Part shown: piece by piece, positions 1 to 12,182 of the stretch
How the letters are laid out: each line of letters opens with the position of its first letter
How positions within the stretch are numbered: position 1 is the first letter of the stretch
NCBI RefSeq assembly: GCF_006345805.1
Contig: NC_043002.1
Location: 113,336,001 to 113,400,000 of the forward strand
Length of the DNA stretch: 64,000 bases
Source: Octopus sinensis
Lineage: Eukaryota
Reading direction: 5' to 3'
Program-made: the position numbers and the translations under genes
Notes under the pieces: model-generated
The model's input: the letters and a program-made list of their open reading frames with translations, nothing else
Database searches by the model: none
What the model was told of the DNA's origin: nothing

Positions 1-14
1 ATATATATATATAT

Positions 15-290
15 AGTCAATCCAAACAAGAACAAGGAAGAGAAAGCAACAACGCGAGGAGGGAGAATAAGTACAATGTCATTGGACGCTCAGGAAAGGA
101 AAGAAAGAAAGGATTTCACGGTTCGAGCAAAAACGCAATAGAGGACAATAAAACACCCAGGCATAGAGACGATACAAAGACAGACAGGAAAAGCAATATT
201 TAGAGGGACAGGAAAAAAAGGACGGGTCATTCGTAGTCTTCTTTTGTCAGTCAAGTTACCAGATGTCCTTACAGTTTCGGGCAGTTTATA
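15..290 (-). mobile_element. Short PLE pLTR-type repeat fragment between (TA)n tracts
   Basis: Shares the tccaaacaag...attggacgctcaggaaag block with 21376-21568 and 9890-9985, and cgaatgacccgtcc with 20673-20853; HHR part truncated. Confidence 0.55.
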
Positions 291-302
291 TATACATACA
301 CA

Positions 303-362
<60 letters not shown>

Positions 363-1152
363 AAACTCAACTTGTGTGTCTGTGTGTGTATCTGTGTGTG
401 TGTATGTGTGTTTAACTTCCCGGCACATCTCCTCCTAACCAACAAATCGTAGAACCACCAAAAATGGGTCACTTAAAGTTTAGGCGAATGAAAATTGAGC
501 TGTGCTATTTCTGTTCTGAAATTCATCTCGCAAGTGCAAAAATCGATAATGTGTTTGTTTAGGCCTTATCCCATGCATTGAATAGTGAACTTTACTCAGC
601 CAGCTGTTTGACGTGAACAGTGTTCACCACGCGTGCAAGCATGCGTAAACTGCATGAAAAAAAAAATCAAGATATAAAAACGAATCGCCGTAAACATTGT
701 AGAAATTCGGCAACGAAATGAATTTTCGGGATGTAGCCTGGAGGGTTTTTTCGTATTAATCGTTTGGACTTTGTGAACACATACCAATTGTTTGCATAAC
801 ATTTTTAACGCTTCGAATTAAATGTGACCATTTTGCGTTGAGTCTGCAGTTTGAATCACTTTAACCAAATTTTAGCTGGCCGGATTTTTGATCATCACGA
901 CTCCCTGAAACTTATAAATTTATATAAATAAGGATAAGATCGTTATTTAATATACCGGTCTTATCAGGTGGCCAGCATGGGAATAAAAACATTCAACGGT
1001 AATAATTATTATTAAAATTATAATTAAGGGTATCTAAGAGTTACCACCACGCTTGAAATAGCAGCCAAAACTTGACTCTAAAACCGCATTACATGTTCAT
1101 ACAGCACCTGATATCTATTAGATCGCCTAACTTATAATTTTACATAAATACG

Positions 1153-1630
<478 letters not shown>

Positions 1631-2375
1631 ATAGGCAAGGAAAAATTGTAAAAATGCAGAATGCTCGATTGAAAGAAAAAATTTTAATGAAAGGAAGAAA
1701 GAAAATGAAAAATATATAATATATATTTATTCAAACCGGTTTTCGTCATAGTTTGACATATCAAGAATAGTTAGGTGAAAAGGTTTTTTAAAAATGAGAA
1801 GGGGGAAAAAAAGTTGCATTGTTTTTTGCAAAAGAATAATAATAAATATGTATAAAAATTAAAAAATAAGTTCTCCGATACATTGTGAGTTCGTTGTGTA
1901 TCTTGAGTTTAATGATTGTTCATGAAAAAAATTACCTTGAGGTTTAGGATCCAATGGGATTAAGGCCATGTGTTGTTTGGTTTAATTTAGGATGTTGGTT
2001 AAAACAGGAAGTAGTAGTAATTGTGTTCTTCAGTTCCTGTGTTGTGAATAGGGGAGACAACTCTTTTGAGTTCTTCAATAAAGGCTGCTGATAAACCCCA
2101 AATATAAAATTGTCATTTTAGCTTCATTTGCATTACCTTTTTATATAATTGTTTGTTAATTTAACTTTCAGAGATTTTAACACTTATTTATATTATTTCC
2201 TAATTATATAAATTTGCATAGACAATTGCATTTCAGATTGTTATATCATAAATAATAAAGATGATGGTAATAACAACAATAGTAAAAATGATATTTAAAG
2301 AATATAAGTTTTTGCTTGAAGTGATGAATCTATGGTATCCTTATATATTTGGAATTTTTCAATAAAGAGATTCTC
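1631..2375 (-). mobile_element. Inverted copy of PLE 3' region/pLTR (left arm of long inverted repeat)
   Basis: Reverse complement of 2547-3366, lacking about 75 bp (2577-2650 region). Confidence 0.85.
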
Positions 2376-3366
2376 GTTACGTAAACGAGTAGCGGTGCAT
2401 AAAGAACAAATAAATCTCCCGGAATACCGACAAATTCCACTGAGTGACCACATAGACTCATGCGCTAAAGACTTAAACCCCAAATTATATATATTCCCCT
2501 TCTACCAATGTAAGACGGCATCACCCACAGGAGGAGAATTAACAAGGAGAATCTCTTTATTGAAAAAAATTCCAAACACAACTAATATACAAACTCCTTG
2601 TTGATCGAACTTCCCTTTTTACCTCATTCTTCATGGATGGACTCACACAAATATATAAGGATACCATAGATTCATCACTTCAAGCAAAAACTTATATTCT
2701 TTAAATATCATTTTTACTATTGTTGTTATTACCATCATCTTTATTATTTATGATATAACAATCTGAAATGCAATTGTTTATGCAAATTTATATAATTAGA
2801 AAATAATATAAATAAAGTGTTAAAATCTAAAAGTTAAATTAACAAATAATTATATAAAAAAGATAATGCAAATGAAGCTAAAATGACAATTTTATAATTT
2901 GGGGTTTATCAGCAGCCTTTATTGAAGAACTCAAAAGAGTTGTCTCCCCTTATTCACAACACAGGAACTGAAGAATCACAATTACTACTACTTCCTGTTT
3001 TACCAACATCCTAAATTAAACCAAACAACACATGGCCTTAATCCCATTGGATCCTAATACCTCAAGGTAATTTTTTCATGAACAATCATTAAACTCAAGA
3101 TACACAACGAACTCACAATGTATCGAGTAGAGAGTACTTATTTTTTATTTTTATACATATTTATTATTATTCTTTTGCAAAAAACAATGCAACTTTTTTC
3201 CCCTTTCCATTTTTAAAAAACCTTTTCACCTAACTATTCTTGATAAGTCAAACTATGACGAAAACCGGTTTGAATAAATATATATTTATGATTTTTTCAT
3301 TTTCTCATTCATTAAAATTTTTTTTCAATCGAGCATTCTGCATTTTTACAATTTTTCCTTGCTTAT
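2373..3366 (+). mobile_element. Penelope-like element 3' fragment: GIY-YIG endonuclease C-terminus plus pLTR
   Basis: 2373-2600 translates LRKRVAVHKEQINLPEYRQIPLSDHIDSCAK...IFPFYQ, with ENLFIEKF in a shifted frame; homologous to 23585-23749; HHR near the 3' end. Confidence 0.8.
3235..3276 (+). ncRNA. Minimal type I hammerhead ribozyme motif, U3-A8 core
   Basis: Stem I tattc/gaata; core TTGATAA; stem II gtca-aacta-tgac; GAA; palindromic stem III aaccggtt; H17=U. Confidence 0.65.
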
Positions 3367-3411
3367 CATTTCTCCACGTGCGGTCAACACAACCCCACCA
3401 TTTATTGATCT

Positions 3412-3491
<80 letters not shown>

Positions 3492-3726
3492 GTGTATATA
3501 TATGTGTGTGTATATATGTATATATATATATATATATACATATATATATTATATAGTTGGAATTCACAAAAAAACCAAAAGACCTGGTGTGTATATATGT
3601 GTGTATATAGTGTATATATGTATATATATATATATAATATATATATATAATATATAATATATAATATATGTATATATATATATATACATACATATATATA
3701 TATGTATATATATATATATACATATA

Positions 3727-4375
3727 TATAGTTGGAACTCACAAAAAAACCAAAAGACGAAGATAGGTATGTAAACAACAAACAGGTATAAAAGTTTAAC
3801 ACTAGGGAAGGTGAGAAAGTCTTATGTTTCGAGCCTACGACGTGAAACTGAAAGGAAAACGCGAAATTAACAGAGAGGCGGTCAATCATGGCGATGGCCG
3901 GATAGAGGTATGTGAGAGCGTGTGTGTACATGTGGATAGGGATGTATAGAGATGGTGGAGTTGGTTTGTGTAGGGGTGGAGTAACGATGGGGTAACGATG
4001 AAGATAGAACGTGGAAGGGAGAAGGTGAGCAGGATGAAGGTGTCAGAGCAAGGGAAGAGAGGAGAGGTGGGTGAGAGTGAAGAGTGGAAGTAGGTACGAG
4101 AGGAAGAGAGGAGAGATGAGGGGAGTTAGATGAAGCAGGGCCGGTTGTTGAGCACCTGTTGCGCAAAGGAGCAAAACGAGATTAATTCCTGTTCACGGTG
4201 AAGACAGGAATCCGGATGGCCCCTGTGCAAGGACAATCCGAATGCAGACAGGTGTTGTAAAGAATGACAAGTAGAGCGGAAATGGCGTGAGACCTGGGTG
4301 TCATTGCTGAGTCTGATGCCTCGGAATTGTTCCGCGAACCGGTCAGCCAACGGTCATACTGCATCATCTCTTGAT
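3727..4375 (-). mobile_element. Penelope-like element 3' fragment (second family): GIY-YIG remnant, purine-rich tract, decayed pLTR
   Basis: ORF 4126-4350: ADRFAEQFRGIRL...VSRHFRSTCHSLQHLSAFGL...REQELI, typical PLE endonuclease C-half; residual ggctcgaaac; 3' end block duplicated at about 3547-3585. Confidence 0.75.
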
Positions 4376-4397
4376 ATCCTGTTGCTTATTTTGATTA

Positions 4398-4443
<46 letters not shown>

Positions 4444-4487
4444 ATTATATATATATATATATATATATTACGGAGGTGTACTCGCAT

Positions 4488-4616
4488 AGCAAGTTATTTG
4501 ATCTGAGATCGTGTGCTGGAACGAAAACAATTGCAGCGTGTGGAAGGTGTTTATAAGCCATTTAAGAAACACACAAAGGCGTTCGATTCACTTCAACATT
4601 TCAGCTTAATTTGTCA

Positions 4617-4620
<4 letters not shown>
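4488..4620. mobile_element. pLTR-type repeat family D fragment in (TA)n
   Basis: Overlaps the sequence of 23425-23510; reverse complement of its first part at 61930-62002. Confidence 0.6.
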
Positions 4621-4647
<27 letters not shown>

Positions 4648-4661
4648 CGTATATATGCATA

Positions 4662-4746
4662 CAGTGGTTCGACAAAATAATGGAAACACCTTAACATTTC
4701 AAACAAATTAATTTTAATATGGGGTAGGATCGCCTTTGGCAGTAAG
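4662..4746 (+). mobile_element. Tc1-like transposon left-end fragment
   Basis: TA|cagtggttcgacaaaataatggaaacacc start and cctttggcagtaa motif resemble Tc1 termini; no right end seen. Confidence 0.45.
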
Positions 4747-4808
4747 GACACACACACACACACACATATATAAGTATATATACATATGAATATATATATA
4801 CACGTATC

Positions 4809-4852
<44 letters not shown>

Positions 4853-4862
<10 letters not shown>

Positions 4863-5151
4863 GGGCTTAGTAAAATAAATTACTTGCCACACACTGAACT
4901 TTCTAGAAATAGCAGCCAAAAAGTTTTTAGCCATTTCCACTACTTTAAGAAAAGTACTTTTTCTTAAAGTAGTGGAAATGGCTAAAAACTTTTTGGCTGC
5001 TATTTCTAGAAAGTTCAGTGTGTGGCAAAGTAATTTATTTTACTAAGCCCTAATTATATAATGTAATATTTTGAATTCGCCTTAAATGGTCCTTTTACAT
5101 ACTGAACACTACTTGGTAAAATTGATTAATAACTAATTAATTTTACCCTCA

Positions 5152-5152
<1 letters not shown>
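4853..5152 (+). mobile_element. Family E pLTR fragment with spacerless 5' fold-back palindrome (4853-5060)
   Basis: About 104-bp arms centred on gtac 4954-4957, differing only by homopolymer indels; homologous to the 547-bp unit at 54941. Confidence 0.8.
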
Positions 5153-5189
<37 letters not shown>

Positions 5190-5264
5190 TATACATATAT
5201 ATATACGTATATATATATGCATACATATATAAAATATAAATAATGTAATTCATATATATATTTC

Positions 5265-5337
<73 letters not shown>

Positions 5338-5877
5338 ATATGATATGATATGATATGATATGATATGCATGCATACATGCATATGATATCATATATATGT
5401 ATATATGTACATATAAAGCAATAGTTTTTCGGAAACTAAGTTGGGAAGCAAACATGCCATTGTCCATTGATTATGCAAAGCTATGCTGGAGCCAAAAAAA
5501 GGATGTCAGATAGATAACCATCAGACAACCATTTTTCCCATATACATAATACACCCCGCTTAATTACAGAATATCCGTTTTCTTATCATGCAGTGAGTGA
5601 CCTTTCTTTTATCTGACGCAATATGCAAGCACATGCATACAACGAATGACAACCGCATTGGGAGCGGGGCGTTTATAACTGCCAAATGTACGAATATCTG
5701 ATCGTAGACGACTGCATAGTTTACATATTTATATTGTACTTCATCATGTTTATGTTTTGGTAATTATAGAGTTTTAGATTCCTCACATGATTCTCATTAA
5801 TAGATATATTATTTGTTTATTATATTTTTCTCTAGAACTTCCTCTCCTTTCTTGCTCTCTATCATTGTATATATATA

Positions 5878-5935
<58 letters not shown>

Positions 5936-6056
5936 TATATATATATATATAATATATATATACATAATATTATATATATATATATATATTATACATATAT
6001 ATATATATGCATATATATATATATATAACATATATAATATATATATATATATATAT

Positions 6057-6487
6057 ACACATACATACCTATACCTATCTCTCTCACACACACATAGTCT
6101 CTCTTATGATATATATATTATGGCTCAGTGGACTCGCGATCGTAGGATCACGGTATCGATTCCCAGACCGGGCATTGTGAGTGTTTATTAAGCGAAAACA
6201 CCTAAAGCTCCACCAGGCTTCGGCCGGGGGTGGTGGCGTACTCTGCTGTACTTTCACCACAACTTTCTCTCACTCTTTCTTCCCGTTTCTGTTGTACCTG
6301 TATTTCAAAGGGCCGGCCTGTCACTCTCTGTATCACGCGAATCTCTCCGAGAACTACGTTAAGGATAACGTATCTGTGGAGGGGTCTGCCACTTACACGT
6401 TAATTTCACGAGCAAGCTGTTCCGTTGATCGGATCAACTGAAACCCTCGTCGTCGTAACCGACGGAGTGCCACATATATATATATAT

Positions 6488-6563
<76 letters not shown>

Positions 6564-7008
6564 CATATATAATATATATATATATATATATACACATACA
6601 TACCTATACCTATCTCTCTCACACACACATAGTCTCTCTTATGTATATATATTATGGCTCAGTGGACTCGCGATCGTAGGATCACGGTATCGATTCCCAG
6701 ACCGGGCATTGTGAGTGTTTATTAAGCGAAAACACCTAAAGCTCCACCAGGCTTCGGCCGGGGGTGGTGGCGTACTCTGCTGTACTTTCACCACAACTTT
6801 CTCTCACTCTTTCTTCCCGTTTCTGTTGTACCTGTATTTCAAAGGGCCGGCCTTGTCACTCTCTGTATCACGCTGAATCTCTCCGAGAACTACGTTAAGG
6901 ATACACGTATCTGTGGAGGGGTCTGCCACTTACACGTTAATTTCACGAGCAAGCTGTTCCGTTGATCGGATCAACTGAAACCCTCGTCGTCGTAACCGAC
7001 GAGTGCCC

Positions 7009-7010
<2 letters not shown>
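6057..7010 (+). repeat. Tandem duplication (period 534 bp) of a head-deleted SINE-A copy plus flank
   Basis: 6057-6473 and 6591-7010 share the same head deletion and flank; differences are essentially 1-nt indels. Confidence 0.85.
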
Positions 7011-7073
<63 letters not shown>

Positions 7074-7075
7074 GA

Positions 7076-7106
<31 letters not shown>

Positions 7107-7152
7107 CATAATAATATTATACATATATATATATATATACATACATATCTAC

Positions 7153-7212
<60 letters not shown>

Positions 7213-7477
7213 TATATATACATTATACATATGTATATTATATATATATAATATATATGGATATATATATATATATAAATTAGAAAAAAAAACCTTTTAT
7301 CAATCAACAATGAAAAAATTAAATGATACCATTTAGAAAAAATTACATCGTGAATATTATTAATAAATTTTAAAATATATTCCTTTCTAGATGGTATAGG
7401 AATATCCTTCGAAGATGAATTCAAAAAAATGGTTCTATTTACCTGTAAGTTCCATAGAACCTCTTTTTTTTGGTATT

Positions 7478-7670
7478 TTGATATGTATGCATGTATGTGT
7501 GTGTTTGTGTGTATGTATGTATGTATTATGTATGTATGTATGTATGTATGTACGTACGTACGTAAGTATGTATGCATGTATGTATGTATGTATGTATGTA
7601 TGTATGTATGTATGTATGCATGTATGCATGTATGTATGTATGTATGTATGCATGCATGTATGTATGTGAA
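7478..7670. repeat. (TATG)n microsatellite
   Basis: Direct inspection. Confidence 0.95.
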
Positions 7671-7786
7671 AATATGTATCTTTTATGTATGTATTCTCAT
7701 GCATATAGTTTCATATCTAGACATGCTCATATATATTTAAATGATAAACTTCTGGAAAGTTTTACAGATTTTTACAGACACGTGTA

Positions 7787-7924
7787 CCGTCTACCAAATC
7801 CACTCACAAGGCTTTGGTCGGCCCGAGGCTATAGTAGAAGACACTTGCCCAAGGTGCCACGCAGTGGGACTGAACCCGGAACCATGTGGTTGGTAAACAA
7901 GCTACTTACCACACAGCCACTCCT
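7787..7924 (-). mobile_element. SINE-C 5' portion (tRNA-derived head)
   Basis: Matches the head of the full copy at 9067-9468. Confidence 0.85.
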
Positions 7925-8279
7925 GTAGTCTTCGAATTAGCTCTGGTTTTGAGAGGTCTAATTTCTCAAGATTGGAATTTAGGTAGTGTCTTACATATCC
8001 CAGGGCCCGAATAATGTATGTACATATAATTGTTTGTGTGTGCGTGCGAGCATGTGTGCGTACATGTATGTGTGTCTGTGTGTATGTGTGCATGTATGTT
8101 TGTTTGTCTGTATGTATGCATGCATGCGTGAATGTCGAATAGCACACTGATGTTATTGCATGAAGCGAAAAGAATTTATTCAATTCAATGAAGAAGTTTT
8201 ACAATCCCGAACTCCTGCCGACTGATGACGAGATTATTTGTACACACCCTCTGTGATCCTGATATGTTCACGTTAGCGA

Positions 8280-8668
8280 TGGAGGCGCAATGGCCCAGTG
8301 GTTAGGGCAGCGGACTCGCGGTCATAGGATCGCGGTTTCGATTCCCAGACCGGGCGTTGTAAGTGTTTATTGAGCGAAAACACCTAAAAGCTCCACGAGT
8401 CTCCGGCAGGGGATGGTGGTGATCCCTGCTGTACTCTTTCCCCACAACTTTCTCTCACTCTTACTTCCTGTTTCTGTTGTACCTGTATTTCAAAGGGCCG
8501 GCTTTGTCACTCTCTGTGTCACGCTGAATATCCCCGAGAACTACGTTAAGGGTACACGTGTCTGTGGAGTGCTCAGCCACTTACACGTTAATTTCACAAG
8601 CAGGCTGTTCCGTTGATTCGGATCAACCGGAACCCTCATCGTCGTAACCGACGGAGTGCTTCCTCCCT
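8280..8668 (+). mobile_element. SINE-A, full length, tRNA(Arg)-like head
   Basis: A box tggcccagtgg, B box gtttcgattcc; TSD cac(g/a)ttagcga at 8269-8279 and 8669-8679. Confidence 0.92.
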
Positions 8669-9066
8669 CACATTAGCGACTTTAGGCTACATCAAAAAAC
8701 ATATAGAGTTGTAAAAATGTGGGTGGAGTACATGTATATATGTGTTTTGATTAACAACGTTTGTTTCATTAATGTAGAAATGCTTTTTTCTGTAATGCAT
8801 CTATTTTCAATGAATATATATTGATATTCGTTCATGTACGTCCTCCTGAAGCATAAATGCTTGCATTCGATTTACAACCACCTTCATTCGCCAAGTCTGC
8901 ACACTTCTCTGCAGACACTAAACCGAAGCCTTTTCCCTTTATTTCTGAAATAGAAATAAACAACAGAAAAAGGATAAGTAATGGAAACACTGTCGTGTTT
9001 CCTTACTGCTTCACTATTTTTTTAATGTCTCTCCTTCTGCTAACATATAAACTGATAGTTTTTATT

Positions 9067-9468
9067 TCTTTTACTCTTTTACTTGTTTCAGTCATTTGAC
9101 TGTGGCCATGCTGGAGCACTTCCTTTAATCGAGCAACTCGACCCCGGGACTTATTCTTTTGTAAGCCCAGTACTTATTCTATCGGTCTCTTTTGCCGAAC
9201 CGCTAAGTAACGGGGACATAAACACACCAGCATCAGTTGTCAAGCAATGCTAGGAGGACAAACACAGACACACAAACATACACACGCATATATATATATA
9301 CATATATACGACGGGCTTCTTTCAGTTTCCGTCTACCAAATCCACTCACAAGGCTTTGGTCGGCCCGAGGCTATAGTAGAAGACACTTGCCCAAGGTGCC
9401 ACGCAGTGGGACTGAACCCGGAACCATGTGGTTGGTAAACAAGCTACTTACCACACAGCCACTCCTGC
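9067..9468 (-). mobile_element. SINE-C, full length
   Basis: Minus strand: A/B-box head (tggctgtgtggtaag...ggttcagtccc), CORE-like ccttgggcaagtg, internal microsatellite, (taaaaga)n tail. Confidence 0.9.
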
Positions 9469-9569
9469 TTGTTCAATTTTATTTTATATCCTTTCATGAG
9501 CCCATCGTCTCACAAAGCCACTCTCTGCTAAGCACCAAATCAGTAAAGCCAAAGTATATGTGTGTTCGT

Positions 9570-9651
<82 letters not shown>

Positions 9652-9782
9652 AAGCGGGTGTTCGTATACATACATACATACATACATACATACATACATA
9701 CATCATACATACATACATACATACATACATACATACATACATACATACATACATACATACATACATACATACATACATACAT

Positions 9783-9985
9783 ACGTGACCGCGTGTTTAT
9801 CGTTGGTGATTTTCTTTCTCCGTCTTTCCTTCCTTAGACCTTTTCTATGTTTCTGACGAAGAGTTTCGTTCGAAACGTTAAATCCTCTCTCTTTCTTTTC
9901 TTTCCTGAGCTTCCAATAACACTATACTTCTCCCAAGTCCTCGCGTTATCGTGTTTTCTCTTTGTTCATGTTTGGATTAACTACA
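9783..9985 (+). mobile_element. Solo PLE pLTR with canonical-core hammerhead
   Basis: Contains CTGACGA...GAAACGTT; 3' half homologous to 15-130 and 21376-21500; sits in (CATA)n. Confidence 0.7.
9849..9883 (+). ncRNA. Minimal type I hammerhead ribozyme motif
   Basis: Core CTGACGA 9853-9859, extra A, stem II gag-tttcg-ttc, GAAAC-GTT, stem I gttt/aaat. Confidence 0.65.
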
Positions 9986-10057
9986 TACATGGTGTGAAAA
10001 CTCTGCAATGTCCGGCGATCTCGGCGGAATTTGGACTCAGACCATAACGACGGACGG

Positions 10058-10289
10058 AATACCTATTTCTTTACTAACCACAAGGGGCTAAACACAGATA
10101 GGACAAACAAGGACAGACAAACGGATTAAGTCGATTATATCGACCCCAGTGCGTAACTGGTGCTTAATTTATCGACCCCGAAAAGATGAAAGGCAAAGTC
10201 TACCTCGGCGGAATTTGAACTCAGAACGTAGCGGCAGACGAAATACCGCGAAGCATTTCGCCCGGCATCCTAACGATTCTGCCAGCTCG
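10058..10289 (-). mobile_element. SINE-B, near full length
   Basis: Reverse complement of 49799-50032. Confidence 0.9.
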
Positions 10290-10913
10290 GTAAAATAAGT
10301 ACCACTTGAGCATTGGGATCGATTTAATCAACTTCTTACCCATTCCCTAAAAGAAACTACTGGTATTGAGATAAAATTAGAAAGAAGTGTTATTATCATC
10401 ATGATCATCAATTATGTTGGTTTTCAACAGTTTTATGTAAGTTTATACTGCAACAACAGGTACACCACCGTGTTTGTGGGGTATGTGCACCATTGACTTT
10501 GGGGTGTAGAATTATGTTTGTATGGCATATCGAGTTTGCTTTGTTGTGGGGAGTTGTTGCTTTGTTATTTATTTCACTGATATTATTTTAGAGTTTCGTT
10601 TGTTTATTTTGTAAACTATGTGATATGTGAGTTGTTATTTCGAAGGGTGGCGTTTATCTTTAGTATGTTCTGTGTGAGTTGAAAGCATTATAGTGTTCGG
10701 TACGTATTATATAAGAATATCTGCTGTGTTATTTTATTGGGAGTAATTGTGTGGATTCTGCACTGTCCCGGTTGCATTATGCCATTAAGTGGATATTATG
10801 AAGAGGATGGGTCGTGTGAATTGTATTATTTTATTAGGCATGTGCTGTTGGAGTCTGTGTTCAATTCTCATCGAGTACATGCTTCCCTTTTATCATTCGG
10901 GTATCGATGGAAT

Positions 10914-11298
10914 GTGGAGGCGCAATGGCCCAGTGGTTAGGGCAGCGGACTCGCGGTCATAGGATCGCGGTTTCGATTCCCAGACCGGGCGTTGTGAGTG
11001 TTTATTGAGCGAAAACACCTAAAAGCTCCACGAAGCTCCGGCAAGGAATGGTGGTGATCCCTGCTGTACTCTTTCACCACAACTTTCTCTCACTCTTACT
11101 TCCTGTTTCTGTTGTACCTGTATTTCAAGGGGCCGGCCTTGTCACTCTCTGTGTCACGCTGAATATCCCCGAGAACTACGTTAAGGGTGCACGTGCCTGT
11201 GGAGTACTCAGCCACTTACACGTTAATTTCACGAGCAGGCTGTTCCGTTCATTCGGATCAGCCGGAACCCTCATCGTCGTAACCGACGGAGTGCTTCC
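10914..11298 (+). mobile_element. SINE-A, full length
   Basis: TSD atcgatggaat at 10903-10913 and 11299-11309. Confidence 0.92.
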
Positions 11299-11419
11299 AT
11301 CGATGGAATAAAATACTAGTCAAATACAAATAGTTGAATTTACCTGCTTATATATCTACTACACAGGTTACAACTATTTCATCGATTTTTTTCTTCTCTA
11401 AATTTCTAGCCCCTTGGGT

Positions 11420-11790
11420 CTATATAAGAGATTTATCTCTAAACTTTTCAGGGTCGATAAAATAAGTATCAGTTGAGCGCTGAAATTGATGTAATCGACT
11501 AGCTACACACACACGCACACACAAACGCGCGCACACGCACACGCACAGACACGCACACATACACGCACAACGACCTCACAAAATAAAATTTTTTGTTAAG
11601 CTGGCAGAATCGCTAGCGCGTCGGACAAAACGCTTAACGGCAATTTGGGTTCAAATTTCGCCGCGGTCAACTTCGCCTTTTATCCTTTCTAGGTCGACGA
11701 AATAAGTACCAGTTGAGCCCTGGGGTCGATGTAATCGACTAGCCCACTTCCACTAAAACTTTAGACCTTGTGTCTATAGTAGAAAGGGTA
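11420..11790 (+). mobile_element. Two diverged SINE-B fragments
   Basis: gggtcgataaaataagta motif and gctggcagaatcgctagc head. Confidence 0.7.
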
Positions 11791-12182
11791 AGGTAAATGA
11801 TTGAATACTCTCAATTGCGTTAAAAAAGAATTTATACAGGTGAAATAAAAGTTAATAACAAGAGCACTCAGAGAGCGCAAACATCCGCCAAGGCAACATC
11901 AACGTCCTCTCAACGATTACCTGGAGATGACTTTTAAAATGAGAATATCTGAAATAAACTCGATTGCTCTCACAAACGAGAATACTAAAAATGAACCCGA
12001 CCGCTCTCAAAAATTAAGTAAAAAAAAAAACGGAAAAATAAACCAGAATCCTTGTCCCATAGCAGATCGATCCCAAAATCTAATCAGTTCGTGCCAGTCA
12101 CAAGGCCCAAAATCCCTGAAAGTGTCATCCGAATCCATATCTTGAGAAATCTTGTCCACGGACCAACAAACAAACGCGACTA

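Noticed and set aside
8280-8355. tRNA-Arg-like sequences at SINE-A heads (and SINE-B/C heads)
   Set aside because: A and B boxes are present but there is no complete cloverleaf or acceptor stem; they continue into SINE bodies with TSDs.
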